Virus record (IMG/VR): IMGVR_UViG_3300037311_000024
Location: 52,350 to 116,349 of that record
Direction: 5' to 3' (one strand)
DNA length: 64,000 nucleotides
Source: a virus
Taxonomy: Duplodnaviria; Heunggongvirae; Uroviricota; Caudoviricetes
The first letter of the stretch is position 1, and each line of letters starts with the position of its first letter. The notes under the pieces were generated by a model. That model saw nothing but the letters and a program-made list of their open reading frames with translations, searched no databases and had not been told where the DNA came from. Made by a program: the position numbers and the translations under genes. Below are positions 1 through 9,828 of this stretch, in pieces.

Positions 1-146
1 TGCAATACAGAATCAGGTATGGGGTTGCCTTTCTCATCTGTAAGATCGATACCAAAAAGATATCTCTCTTTCATCTGAGAAACTGTGATCAGCGACTCTG
101 TTCGAGTAAACGCCTGACTACCTATTGAATTAAAAGGTACGCTCAT
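1..146 (-). CDS. hypothetical protein (partial; gene continues beyond left edge of window)
   Basis: Minus-strand ATG at 144-146 opens a frame running off the window (MSVPFNSIGSQAFTRTESLITVSQMKERYLF...); directly follows stop of 148..408. Confidence 0.35.
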   Translation of the reverse strand, partial: MSVPFNSIGSQAFTRTESLITVSQMKERYLFGIDLTDEKGNPIPDSVL

Positions 147-147
147 G

Positions 148-408
148 TTATACACTCCACCAAGGATCTTGAGCGCTCTTGATAAAAAGCAGCTTGTTTG
201 ACTGCTTAGCGATCCGTGATCCGTATGCTACTGGGTTCTTCTCAAACTGAACGGATTCAAGATAATCTTTGACCTGATCTTGAACATCTTTGGAGGATGC
301 GAAGAATCGACCTCGAACGTGCTCTATGAGCTGAAGATCGTTCTGATTTGAACGAACCTTGTCCATGTCGATCTGCCATTCTTGAAAGGTTTGATACGGC
401 TGTTTCAT
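148..408 (-). CDS. hypothetical protein
   Basis: 86-aa ORF, ATGA overlap with upstream M15 peptidase gene; no recognisable motif. Confidence 0.4.
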   Translation of the reverse strand: MKQPYQTFQEWQIDMDKVRSNQNDLQLIEHVRGRFFASSKDVQDQVKDYLESVQFEKNPVAYGSRIAKQSNKLLFIKSAQDPWWSV

Positions 409-884
409 GGTTTAAAAAACCTTCCAGAAGGTCCGACTTCTTTATCGTCTAGATGAATCCAGTTAGCTCCCCAACCGTTATCTTCCATACGAAGATTCCA
501 CTCTTCAAGCTTACCTTCGTCTATAGCCTTCTTCTTAAAATCGTCGCAAGACATGCCAACTACTACGAAGTCAACTGCTCGACCTTTGAGATGCATAGAG
601 CCCATCGGGACTCTAAGCTCTGGGAGACCTTTTGCTGTGCGTTTAGCGTTGATGCGTTTGTACAGTTCCAGGTGGTACTTCATGGTTCTCAAAGCGATCG
701 TTACGGTGATGGGCTTTCCTACCCACTCCCGAACCTTGTCCATCCACTGAAACGTGTTGATGAGGTTATTCTTGATCTCTTCGGTCAACTCATCCTCCGA
801 GACAGCACGCTTCTCTTCGGGAAGCCACAAAGCTTCCTTCCAAGTAAAGTACTTACATCCTGGGATGAGTTGGTTGAGTTCCAT
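405..884 (-). CDS. peptidase M15 family cell-wall hydrolase (endolysin candidate; L-Ala-D-Glu / D-Ala-D-Ala peptidase type)
   Basis: HLKGRAVDF ... WGANWIHLD zinc-ligand His/Asp/His pattern typical of M15 (VanY-like) peptidases; lysis-cassette position. Confidence 0.65.
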   Translation of the reverse strand: MELNQLIPGCKYFTWKEALWLPEEKRAVSEDELTEEIKNNLINTFQWMDKVREWVGKPITVTIALRTMKYHLELYKRINAKRTAKGLPELRVPMGSMHLKGRAVDFVVVGMSCDDFKKKAIDEGKLEEWNLRMEDNGWGANWIHLDDKEVGPSGRFFKP

Positions 885-1264
885 TAACAGTTACTCGTAG
901 TGCTGATCATCTGTAATCCTGCCTGTAAGATAGCGTGAGAACGATTTGTTCCTTCGTCCATCTTAACAAGTAAGTTCTGGCTGATCAAGGTTAAAGTTTC
1001 GGTATCGGTTAGATCAAACTGTATGATCGATCGATCGTCTGCAAAAGGCGTGCTTGCGGTCTTAGTGATGGTTGTCCCGTTGGAAAGAAGAAGATCAAGG
1101 GTGGCTGTGAATCCTGCGTCAGGGATGTATCTGATCTTACGGTCAGGTTGGATAAGTTGAAGAACAAGCTTGGCGTCGGAGCCTCTTACGATTCTTGCCG
1201 AGCCTATGTCCATGAAGTTATTTAGACTTGCGTCTTCGTTCAAAACTTTAAGGCTTAGTAACAT
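884..1264 (-). CDS. hypothetical protein
   Basis: 126-aa ORF, start overlaps stop of neighbour; no motif. Confidence 0.4.
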   Translation of the reverse strand: MLLSLKVLNEDASLNNFMDIGSARIVRGSDAKLVLQLIQPDRKIRYIPDAGFTATLDLLLSNGTTITKTASTPFADDRSIIQFDLTDTETLTLISQNLLVKMDEGTNRSHAILQAGLQMISTTSNC

Positions 1265-1267
1265 GGG

Positions 1268-1657
1268 TTACCCTTTCATCCACTTTACGATTTCTAAGAT
1301 TCCGACCAGGGCTGTTCCGATACCACCAAGCCATAAGATGATCTTGGTCGTAGTTCGAATCCACTCGGCTGGTTTTCTAAGTCCCTCGATCTCGTCGTCG
1401 ACCTTGTCAAACTGTTTCTTATTCTCTTCCACGTGAGCCAAGTGCATAGCTTTCAACGTGTTTACCCCTTCGATGTGCTTGTCTAGAAGATGATTCTGAA
1501 TCTCGTCCTGATCGTTAATGCGCTTCAACTCATAACTGGTCTGCTGAACGTGAAGCTCAAGCTTCTTGTCCAGCTCAACTACCGCTTTGTTGGTGGAGCG
1601 TTGGTCTTCTACTAGACCTCTTAACAGCATCAAAATTTCTTCGTCTGACCGTGCCAT
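1268..1657 (-). CDS. coiled-coil protein with C-terminal transmembrane anchor (holin/spanin-like candidate)
   Basis: N-terminal charged coiled-coil, C-terminal hydrophobic segment IILWLGGIGTALVGILEIV; adjacent to peptidase gene. Confidence 0.4.
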   Translation of the reverse strand: MARSDEEILMLLRGLVEDQRSTNKAVVELDKKLELHVQQTSYELKRINDQDEIQNHLLDKHIEGVNTLKAMHLAHVEENKKQFDKVDDEIEGLRKPAEWIRTTTKIILWLGGIGTALVGILEIVKWMKG

Positions 1658-1684
1658 AGGGGTTCCTTATATCGGGAGGGGCTC

Positions 1685-2212
1685 TTAAGGAGCTTCCTTT
1701 ATCTTACTACATTCGTCTACCAAGTTCAACACCATATCCCTGGTCTCAACTAAACCCATACTCTCTAGGTCTTCTGGGGGTTGTTTTCCGAGCATTGTGA
1801 TCAAGAATGCCACAAGCTCGGAGCATATGTAGGCTCCAGACTCGGGAAGCGGGTTCTTGATCTTTATGCCGAAAAGTCTTGCTGTTCTCTTGAGAAGCAT
1901 GCCTAAGATCTGTTTTTTAGAGTAGGCCCTTCCCGCGTTCTCAGCACACCACTTTAGGAGTTTGTCTTTTGCCTCGTCGGAGATCTCAATAGAAAACTCT
2001 TCTACCACCTGATGATGCTCGTTAAACTCGTGCGGTCCAGCAAAGTTGACTCCGGTTCCTACCGCGTGGTAGGTGAGATCTAGATCCCATCTCTTCACCG
2101 GAAACTTTACGTACGTGTGCGAAAATCGAGTCCTCTCACAAAGCATGATAAGCCACGCCAGAATTGGTAGCTTCTTCTTTGATCTGGAGAATCCGATCTT
2201 CAAGATTGACAC
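1685..2212 (-). CDS. hypothetical protein
   Basis: 175-aa ORF in structural/lysis block. Confidence 0.4.
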   Translation of the reverse strand: MSILKIGFSRSKKKLPILAWLIMLCERTRFSHTYVKFPVKRWDLDLTYHAVGTGVNFAGPHEFNEHHQVVEEFSIEISDEAKDKLLKWCAENAGRAYSKKQILGMLLKRTARLFGIKIKNPLPESGAYICSELVAFLITMLGKQPPEDLESMGLVETRDMVLNLVDECSKIKEAP

Positions 2213-2213
2213 G

Positions 2214-2672
2214 TTACACCATCCTAGCCATCAACATAGCTTTCCAGCTGTCGATCATCTCTTGAGTAACAAATCCACTAGGTTGTTTTTGATTGAGTGC
2301 GTGGAGAGCTGTAGGCCAAGCGCCTTCTCTGATTCGAATAAGAACATCTTGGTAGTCTGCAAACATCTGGTCAGACTGAGTGGTGGTTATGCCTAGAAGT
2401 GTGTTCTCAGCGTACATATCTCGTAGAAGCTCTGGTGCTTGTTCTTGATACGACTTGATCTTAGCTTTGATCATGGTCTTCAAGTCTACGGCTTGTCCAG
2501 GAGGCGGGGAAAGTATGTTTCCTACCAAGATCCAGCCAACTTGCGGGGAGATCAAAAGATTATCCACGTCGATGATCATCTGATAGTTCTTAATGTGATC
2601 TACGTACTGTTCGTCGGTTATAGATCTAACCTCTACGACTACGTTATCTCTTAAAAAAGCGTGTAGTTTCAT
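2214..2672 (-). CDS. hypothetical structural protein
   Basis: 152-aa ORF immediately downstream of tail-fibre genes. Confidence 0.4.
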   Translation of the reverse strand: MKLHAFLRDNVVVEVRSITDEQYVDHIKNYQMIIDVDNLLISPQVGWILVGNILSPPPGQAVDLKTMIKAKIKSYQEQAPELLRDMYAENTLLGITTTQSDQMFADYQDVLIRIREGAWPTALHALNQKQPSGFVTQEMIDSWKAMLMARMV

Positions 2673-2681
2673 GTTTACCCC

Positions 2682-3224
2682 TTATTCGTCTAATTTTGTG
2701 ATATCTAAGAATTCAACATCGTTTCTCAGTCTTACGATGCTGTCGTACACTCCTAGATGATTGACGTAGATTCTTTCTCTATAGGTCTCTCCTAAACGTG
2801 TGACTACCGCCTCGATCATCAAGGTAGTATCTCCATCTAGGTTTGCGGACGGGATCGAAGACATCAAAACGTCAGCAAGCCAGTAGTTGTTGTACTGAAG
2901 TGTGCCGTTAACAGTGTGTATAGGATCGTCGGTCCAAGCTGGAGTTGTTACTCGATAAATTTTAAAAGTACAGGATGCTGAGTTGTCTATAGACCCACTA
3001 ACAGGATTGTACAGATAAGCTGCGAGACGGATGCTTGCTAAGTCCGAGGTATCAAGTTCAGCCGCTAACTTTAAAACCTTTACGCTGTTAGAGAGGGCCG
3101 AGTTAGGGCCGAACAGGAACTGCCACTCGTGAACGTGGTTCACCAGAAACCTTTTTCGGTTGTCTGCGTTTAGAACCTGATTCTGCTCTTGGTCTTGGGC
3201 GACCAACAACCTAGTAATTGGCAT
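2682..3224 (-). CDS. hypothetical structural protein
   Basis: 180-aa ORF, 2-nt spacing to upstream fibre gene. Confidence 0.4.
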   Translation of the reverse strand: MPITRLLVAQDQEQNQVLNADNRKRFLVNHVHEWQFLFGPNSALSNSVKVLKLAAELDTSDLASIRLAAYLYNPVSGSIDNSASCTFKIYRVTTPAWTDDPIHTVNGTLQYNNYWLADVLMSSIPSANLDGDTTLMIEAVVTRLGETYRERIYVNHLGVYDSIVRLRNDVEFLDITKLDE

Positions 3225-3225
3225 G

Positions 3226-4578
3226 TTAGTTACCTAGCAATGAGAATCCCTTGTAAGCTACTCGCTGTTGTCCGTTAACGACGATGGTCACCTTAACTGT
3301 ATAGTGAGTAAGGTCCGTAAGTAAGATCGCTGATACAGGAGTTATGGCAAAAATTCCGTTAGCGTCTGCTGCGATGCCGGTTTGAGTTAGCCCTACAACG
3401 GCGTTTCCATCAGCGTCATACACAGTATAACTTGCGGTTCCAAGTCCGGTAGTAGCGACTTTTCCCTCACTAGACTCCGCCCAGAAGCTTGCTCTGAGTT
3501 GATTCGTAGCGTTGATAGAGAACTGAGCTTTTACGAAGAACTCTGCGACGTCTGTCTGGATAGCAAACATCTCTACTCGAGTCACGCTATCGACTTCAAG
3601 AGTAACACGAACCGAATAGCCTGGGTGCAGATCTGTTAGAAGACTTGGAGTTGCGGCGATCTTGTATATGCCGTTAACATCGGCGGTGATGCCAGTTTGA
3701 GACATTCCGACGATCGGATTACCGTTATGGTCAAAAACCTGATACGCGGCTGTTCCAAGTCCTGTGGTCTTAAGAACCTCGTCTGCAGATACCCAGAAGG
3801 TTCCGTCAAAGTTGTTGTCTTTGTCTACGAAGAACAGACCGGAGATGTCGTACTTCGGAGCTTCTTGAATAAGAGCGGTGTAGCCTTCTCGAACTGCTCC
3901 GTCCACGGTAATGTTAATCTTAGCCATGTAATGGTCTAAGGTTAGGTTTAAAGAAGAAGCAACTGGAGCGATCTTATACTGTCCGTTAGCGTCTGCTACG
4001 ATTCCAGATTCAGTCATGCCTACGACTGGGTTTCCGTTCTTATCGTAGATCTGATAAGAAGCGGTGCCCATGACTGCGTTGCCCGTCTTAGCTAAGGTAG
4101 AGTTCTTAAGAGCCCACAGTGTTCCTTGAAGCTGGTTTGAGCTGTTAAGAGCAAAAGCTCCTTCGGTTTTGTAAACGTCTGCGCTTGTAAAGACGCCTGT
4201 AGAAAGTACACCGATGCTTACGGTGTTGTTGTCGATGTTAGAAACCCCGTCTCTTGCTCGAACACCTACGTGGTACGTAGTTCCGTTTACCAAGAAAGAT
4301 CCATCTCTCAAGGTCCAGAAGTCAAACTGAAGAGCTGTAGTGATTCCCACTACGTTGTTAGGGTTAGTAAATAGTCCGACAGCGGTGTTTGCTTGAGCGT
4401 AAATCTCGTAGCGAACAGGTGCTGTCACGTCCGAGGCTGCAGCCCAAGACGCTCTAATCTGTCCTCTAGACTGAACCGATGCGTTTACCACACCGGCAAA
4501 AGTGGGAGGAGTCAGGTCAACTATACACGCCTGAGTCGTACCATGATAGAAGTTGTTGTTCACCAAGATATTAGGCAT
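3226..4578 (-). CDS. tail fibre-like protein with three tandem ~95-aa repeats
   Basis: Three copies of ...TGLGTAxYxVxDxNGNPVVGMTQTGIxADANGxYKIA...LLTDL...; Thr/Gly/Asn-rich. Confidence 0.55.
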   Translation of the reverse strand: MPNILVNNNFYHGTTQACIVDLTPPTFAGVVNASVQSRGQIRASWAAASDVTAPVRYEIYAQANTAVGLFTNPNNVVGITTALQFDFWTLRDGSFLVNGTTYHVGVRARDGVSNIDNNTVSIGVLSTGVFTSADVYKTEGAFALNSSNQLQGTLWALKNSTLAKTGNAVMGTASYQIYDKNGNPVVGMTESGIVADANGQYKIAPVASSLNLTLDHYMAKINITVDGAVREGYTALIQEAPKYDISGLFFVDKDNNFDGTFWVSADEVLKTTGLGTAAYQVFDHNGNPIVGMSQTGITADVNGIYKIAATPSLLTDLHPGYSVRVTLEVDSVTRVEMFAIQTDVAEFFVKAQFSINATNQLRASFWAESSEGKVATTGLGTASYTVYDADGNAVVGLTQTGIAADANGIFAITPVSAILLTDLTHYTVKVTIVVNGQQRVAYKGFSLLGN

Positions 4579-4581
4579 ATC

Positions 4582-6645
4582 TTAGCTCTCCTTCAAGCCA
4601 GGTCGAATGTCTACTCCAGGAGGTGACGTGAACGTGTATCGGACTAAAGTTCCGACTACGTTAGGGATAGTTCCTAGCGGAAGCCAAGTTAGCCCGTTGT
4701 CGGTAGAGTATTCGAAGTTTGCTGCGTTTGCGACCGTGTTGTGGTTCACGATCAAGCTATCAGATAAATCGTACGCTCTGTAGAACAGTTGGGGTACAGA
4801 AGAGGCGTATGCTTTCTTAAGCCTAAAAGCTGTTCTTGAAGGAGTGTTGTTGTCTGAGTAGTCGTCCGAGAACTCCCAGTTATCGGAGATTCCGATCTCA
4901 GATTCAAACCCTAAGAACACTTCTCTAAGCTGAGCTGGGATCGATGCGCCAAGAGACAGCGTATTAAAAGCGATCTTAAATTGAATCTGATTTGCTGTTG
5001 GAATAGACGAGAGGTCCGACGCAAAAGGAACCTGAACCCACCCTCCAGAAACAGAGCCGAAACCGCTGGTGCGATAGTAGATGGTAAGTGCGCTAGCTTG
5101 ATCTGCAAGTTCTCTCCAAGAAGCCAAGAACTTGTAGACGGCCAGAGGAGTGTCTAGTACTTTGGTGACCACAAAAGAGTGATCAAACATCGAATCTGAC
5201 CTTAGATCAGAGATGATGTGACCTCGTTGACCTACAGTGCTTCCTGTTAGTAAGATCCAACCGTTCTCGATGTCAATCGCCGAAAAGGTTAAACCTCCAA
5301 GTCCCTGGGTATCAGACGAGGGTAGAACTTCTCTGTACAAGTTACTAGCCCTTCCAAAGATCTTATCAATGGAATTGTTTACCACCTGTTTCATGATCAA
5401 GATGTTTGCGTTTGTAAGATATACGGCTCGGTCTAACACGTTACTCCACGTAGCCTGAAGTACCGTAGGACCGGTGATCTGGTTCGTAGTTCCTAAGATG
5501 TTGGACGTAACCAGCGAAGGCCAGGACGTTGCTCCTGAAGTTAGTTGAGAAATTCTTCCGAGATAAAGGTTGGTAGTAGTGCAGAAGAAGATGCAAGGGA
5601 ATCCTGCGTTAGACGTGTGTCCTGGTTCTGCGTAATCTTCTGAGTCAAGAGCGATCAGTGTTCCAGAAAGTGCTGGTAGGTTTCCTGTCTTGTGGACCCA
5701 AGCGCTTCCTGTGGTGCCAAAAGCTCGGCAGATATCGGCTGTACCGTTAGTGGTGATGTTGATGATCGCGCCACCAGAAGTCGTAGAAAGCTGATAATCG
5801 TTTGCTGTCGGGTTTCTTACGAAATATACGGTATTGTTCGTAAGACCTGCTCCACCTGACAAGTTTGTCACGAAGATAGGATCGTTGTTTGCGTATCCAT
5901 GCGCGGTATGAGTAACTCGGTCAGTTCCAGCATCGATCGTTAAGCCTAAGCTCAAGGGACAGTCTAACGTAGCGTTAGTGCTGTACACGTAAAACTGGTG
6001 CGTAGCAGAAACACCGTTATGAACGTAGATACGGTTGTTGGCGACGTCCAGTGTGCTTCCTGTAGATGCGATGTTAAGTTGACCGACTCCGATAGCGGTA
6101 GGATCTTGTAAGAAGTAGGTTGCTTTTTGGTTTGACCCCGTAGCGCCAGGAAATAGGGTACCTGCCCCTGCTGGCAAGAAGTCCGAAAAATCTACGTTGT
6201 TTACGCAGTATAGCCCGCCGTTGATAGCGACCGAACCGGTTGTGGTTATGAAGATCCGCCAACCTGTGGTTCCGGTATCTACCACCTTTAAACTTCTATA
6301 CGCGTGAGTGGTTGCCGCGAGGTCGGCTAGAGCAATCCGGATAGTTCCTACGAAGGTAGTAACTCCCGTGTCAAAGTTAATCGTATGTAAGCTTATGTTG
6401 GAGATACCACCAGCCTCAGCTCCGATAGAAAAAATTCTACCATTAGAAGACATGTAGGATGCTACTGGAGTTACAGAAGAGGCTACGGAGGTGTCGTTAA
6501 AAACGTCAACCCATCGATTAAGAGGAGGGCCGATGACCGTCTGACTGTTGACCGTCTTTACGAAAGCTCTTCCTTGTCGTGTGGTCTTAGTCTGGTCGTA
6601 AACACTTACGACGTCTGCCAAAAGATCTGCCTTAATATACTTCAT
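4582..6645 (-). CDS. tail fibre / tailspike protein
   Basis: 687 aa, Gly/Thr/Ser/Asn-rich beta-rich composition; largest gene of structural block. Confidence 0.55.
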   Translation of the reverse strand: MKYIKADLLADVVSVYDQTKTTRQGRAFVKTVNSQTVIGPPLNRWVDVFNDTSVASSVTPVASYMSSNGRIFSIGAEAGGISNISLHTINFDTGVTTFVGTIRIALADLAATTHAYRSLKVVDTGTTGWRIFITTTGSVAINGGLYCVNNVDFSDFLPAGAGTLFPGATGSNQKATYFLQDPTAIGVGQLNIASTGSTLDVANNRIYVHNGVSATHQFYVYSTNATLDCPLSLGLTIDAGTDRVTHTAHGYANNDPIFVTNLSGGAGLTNNTVYFVRNPTANDYQLSTTSGGAIINITTNGTADICRAFGTTGSAWVHKTGNLPALSGTLIALDSEDYAEPGHTSNAGFPCIFFCTTTNLYLGRISQLTSGATSWPSLVTSNILGTTNQITGPTVLQATWSNVLDRAVYLTNANILIMKQVVNNSIDKIFGRASNLYREVLPSSDTQGLGGLTFSAIDIENGWILLTGSTVGQRGHIISDLRSDSMFDHSFVVTKVLDTPLAVYKFLASWRELADQASALTIYYRTSGFGSVSGGWVQVPFASDLSSIPTANQIQFKIAFNTLSLGASIPAQLREVFLGFESEIGISDNWEFSDDYSDNNTPSRTAFRLKKAYASSVPQLFYRAYDLSDSLIVNHNTVANAANFEYSTDNGLTWLPLGTIPNVVGTLVRYTFTSPPGVDIRPGLKES

Positions 6646-6654
6646 AAATACTCC

Positions 6655-7497
6655 TTAGACCAAGCTCCAAGTAATCTTGTCACGACGGTAACGACCTGAT
6701 ACCGGTGTATAGGTTAGTGTTTTTCTGGCGGTGAAACCTGCTCCAACTCCGATACTCGGAGCTGTGTAGTCGATTCGAATGATCCTTTGGTCTTTAGTTC
6801 CAAAGTCAGCGTAGATGATCTCTTGATCTCGGTCTTTTGCGGCTAGGATCATCTGTCGAAGGTTGTTTACGAAGACGTGCTGAACACCTCCCACTTGACC
6901 GTTCTCAGTTCCGATGACCAATCCGTTGTTGTCTTGAGGAAGACTGTTTACCGCGTTTAGGATGTCAGAAAGAACATCAGCTATTGTTACACTTAGGATA
7001 GTGTTGGTATTAGAGATTAAACCTTCTACGTCCTGCGTGTTGGTCTTAATGTCGTTCAGAAGATCCGCGATGGTAGTGCTCAGGATTGTGTTGGTAGCTC
7101 CAGCCAAAGTTTCAAGGTTGTCGGTCTGAGCTTGAATACTTCCTAAACGAGCTTCGATAGCTTCAAGAAGAATTCTTGCGAGTTCATCGCGAACATGAAG
7201 ACGTTTGTCTGAATCGATCTTTTGAACATGTCTTGCTCCAGCTTTTGTACCGTCTTCGGTTCCAACCGACATGACGTTGTCTGGATCAGTCAGATCATCG
7301 ATAGCATCGAGATTTACGACGATGTCGCCTTCGATGGTGACGTTTGCTCCGATATCAACCGGAAACCGATTATCCGGAGTAATTGGATTTCCCTGAGGAT
7401 CTACAGGCAAAACTCTACGAGCAGCAGCGTCGTCTTCGTGTTCCCGCTGCTCTATAGTATTTCGCGTTAAGATCTTATTCTTAGGGATGTTATCCAT
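6655..7497 (-). CDS. structural protein with internal repeat (tail/fibre associated)
   Basis: Internal duplication TNTILSTTIADLLNDI / TNTILSVTIADVLSDI; position between capsid and fibre genes. Confidence 0.45.
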   Translation of the reverse strand: MDNIPKNKILTRNTIEQREHEDDAAARRVLPVDPQGNPITPDNRFPVDIGANVTIEGDIVVNLDAIDDLTDPDNVMSVGTEDGTKAGARHVQKIDSDKRLHVRDELARILLEAIEARLGSIQAQTDNLETLAGATNTILSTTIADLLNDIKTNTQDVEGLISNTNTILSVTIADVLSDILNAVNSLPQDNNGLVIGTENGQVGGVQHVFVNNLRQMILAAKDRDQEIIYADFGTKDQRIIRIDYTAPSIGVGAGFTARKTLTYTPVSGRYRRDKITWSLV

Positions 7498-7505
7498 CTA
7501 ACACC

Positions 7506-7892
7506 TTAAGACTCGAGTACTGTTACGTGAACGTCCACGTGAGACGTCTTAACTCCTACAGCTTGGATAGGATCATCCGACTCTGGACAGAAAACGTGTG
7601 TTGCGAATCCTGGAGGAAGGCAAAGACCGTTCGTAGCGTCAACTGCTCCGGACAGATCACTCATCTTTCCAGTTCGAATGAACTGAGCGGATGCAGATCG
7701 ATTAACAACCCAGAGAACTGCGTTGTCTTCGACCGGTTCAGCGGTTGTTGAAGTTGCGACAACTTTTCGAATCGAGGCCAAGATACCGTAGCTACTCTTA
7801 CCAGCAGCTGTAGGATCGTGATGTTCTTCCTGAGCAACCGACGACGGGTTGCGTGCAGACTTTACACCTTGTGTTGGTTTTGGGGATGACAT
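7506..7892 (-). CDS. hypothetical structural protein
   Basis: 128-aa ORF in structural block. Confidence 0.4.
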   Translation of the reverse strand: MSSPKPTQGVKSARNPSSVAQEEHHDPTAAGKSSYGILASIRKVVATSTTAEPVEDNAVLWVVNRSASAQFIRTGKMSDLSGAVDATNGLCLPPGFATHVFCPESDDPIQAVGVKTSHVDVHVTVLES

Positions 7893-7896
7893 CTAT

Positions 7897-8205
7897 CTAC
7901 TCCTCTTCGAATCTACGATCTTGGCTCTTAACGTCCTGCGCGTTCAGAGTATCCAATCGTCTTTTAAGCTTTTCTATCTCGTTCCTGAAGAAGAACAGGA
8001 GGTCCCTGTACCGCTTCACATCTGAACGGACAAAATCCAGTTCAAGATCTTTTCCTACGCCTCGTGGATCATCAAATACGAACACTATCACGGGCTTATC
8101 ATACTTTCCAATAGTTAGTTCTGAGCGCAGATATTTTAGGCCGCTCATCTCTAAGTACGGCGCAAGCCCTAAATTATCTGTCTTAAACTCTTTCTTCTCA
8201 AGCAT
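7897..8205 (-). CDS. hypothetical structural protein
   Basis: 102-aa ORF downstream of capsid gene and its terminator. Confidence 0.4.
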   Translation of the reverse strand: MLEKKEFKTDNLGLAPYLEMSGLKYLRSELTIGKYDKPVIVFVFDDPRGVGKDLELDFVRSDVKRYRDLLFFFRNEIEKLKRRLDTLNAQDVKSQDRRFEEE

Positions 8206-8268
8206 GATGTACTCTAGTCCTCAGACTTTGAGTGTACCATCATTCTAGCATAGGAATCAAGTCGGTTA

Positions 8269-8311
8269 CCACAAACAGAAACCCCCCGGAAGCATACGCC
8301 GCCGAGGGGTC
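8269..8311 (-). terminator. intrinsic terminator after putative major capsid gene
   Basis: CCCCCCGG-11 nt loop-CCGAGGGG stem; on minus strand followed by UUUCUGUUUG. Confidence 0.45.
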
Positions 8312-8337
8312 TCAAACTAACTAGTATCCAGAATACC

Positions 8338-9804
8338 TTACGTAGAGCGTCCGATGTTCATGAAGATCAAGTGCTTGCGAGGAGCGTACACGATCGGAGT
8401 ACCGTACAGGAGTTGCATCCAGCGGTAAGCCGTTGCGACGATCGCAAGGTCCATCTTCATGAGCGGAGCGAGCTGCTTAAAGCGGACCGCTTCGCTATCC
8501 ATGGTCAACAGGTAAGCCTGTGCGAGACCAGGGAGGCGATGGTTGAGGTCGCGGAGGGTAGCTGCGCCGCCAACAGAGGCAGGAGCAACATAACCCACGA
8601 ACTCATGACCCGACGTAGCGCCTACCGGAGAACGGTAGACAGCGTAAGCGATAGCGCCTGGGGTAGCGGCAATCGCAACGTCGATAGCACCAGCAGCGGC
8701 AACCGTTGCAGCAGCGGCAGCGCCAAGAGCGCCTTCGCCAGCAGCGTTGATAGCCGATGCGCGGTAGCTGTAAGCGCCAGCGGAAGCTGCGTCCCACTTG
8801 CTGTTAGCGACGGTCGGAGCAACAGCTGCAGGAGTAACCGCAGGAGCTGCAGGAGCGTCAGCAAGAGGAGCCGGAGCGCCGCGCTTAGGACGAAGGAAGA
8901 CGTCTGACTGGAGAGAGAACTCGCCAGCAGAAGCCACGAACGACTGGAGCACGAAGCCCGACTTACCGTTCGAAACGCCCATTGGGTTGATACGCTCTTT
9001 CGGATAGAACTGGCGGCTCAAGTCCGAGTGAGCTTTGGTGTCAAGCATCATGGTAGATGCCATACCAAAGTTCTCTTGAACGATGCGAGCGCCGTCTTCG
9101 AGAGCGTCTTGATCGAGAACAAGACCGCGAAGGTCCTTGATCACGTCTTCTTCAACGCCGTATCCGGTGAAAGCCTTAGCCTTAGCGGAAGCGTCAGCAT
9201 TACCCTTACGGATCTGCTTATCGAGACCATCCCAAGAAAGGTCAGATTCTGGGAGCAGAGCAGCGTCTGCGCCGTCGAAAAGACCGTTGTTGGAGTACAT
9301 TCCGTGACCGTCGAAGAGGTTACGCTCAACGATCTCAAGAATTCGCATAGTACCGTTACGGATCTCACGAGCGATTGCATCACCGTGCGCGTTACGGACC
9401 AACGTATAAACGTGGGTCAGTTCACGAGTCACGCCGATGAATCGAACGCGCTGGATCTGACGGCTGTAGGACGAATCCTCAGAACGTGGCAGAGCGCCTT
9501 CGGCGATGAACCCACGGCCTTGATCGCCGTAAGCATCGATTCGGTTATACTCTTCGATCGTGTTGTATGCCTGATCTTTTGGCATCTGTGGCCACAACTT
9601 GATCTGTTTCATCTCGTACGTCACCGACTTGAGCGACGCATCGAGGCTTTCCACTTGGAGAACTCCACCACCCGAGAGGGAGGTAGGAGCGCCAGCATAG
9701 CCAGCTCCGGCGGAAAGCGCCTTGTTTAATTCATCAACTTCCTGAGCGGAGGTGACGCCAGCGCCGCCCTCAAAGTTGACGAAGTTATAAGAACCCTGAT
9801 TCAT
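8338..9804 (-). CDS. major capsid protein (putative)
   Basis: 488 aa, immediately downstream of acidic scaffold-like gene and protease gene; followed by terminator; Ala-rich insertion. Confidence 0.5.
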   Translation of the reverse strand: MNQGSYNFVNFEGGAGVTSAQEVDELNKALSAGAGYAGAPTSLSGGGVLQVESLDASLKSVTYEMKQIKLWPQMPKDQAYNTIEEYNRIDAYGDQGRGFIAEGALPRSEDSSYSRQIQRVRFIGVTRELTHVYTLVRNAHGDAIAREIRNGTMRILEIVERNLFDGHGMYSNNGLFDGADAALLPESDLSWDGLDKQIRKGNADASAKAKAFTGYGVEEDVIKDLRGLVLDQDALEDGARIVQENFGMASTMMLDTKAHSDLSRQFYPKERINPMGVSNGKSGFVLQSFVASAGEFSLQSDVFLRPKRGAPAPLADAPAAPAVTPAAVAPTVANSKWDAASAGAYSYRASAINAAGEGALGAAAAATVAAAGAIDVAIAATPGAIAYAVYRSPVGATSGHEFVGYVAPASVGGAATLRDLNHRLPGLAQAYLLTMDSEAVRFKQLAPLMKMDLAIVATAYRWMQLLYGTPIVYAPRKHLIFMNIGRST

Positions 9805-9828
9805 TGTAATCTCCTTTAAAGATTTGGG

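Noticed and set aside
1340-1372. tRNA-like T-loop string GGTCGTAGTTCGAATCCACTCGG
   Set aside because: Flanking bases cannot form a T-stem or acceptor stem; lies inside a minus-strand CDS
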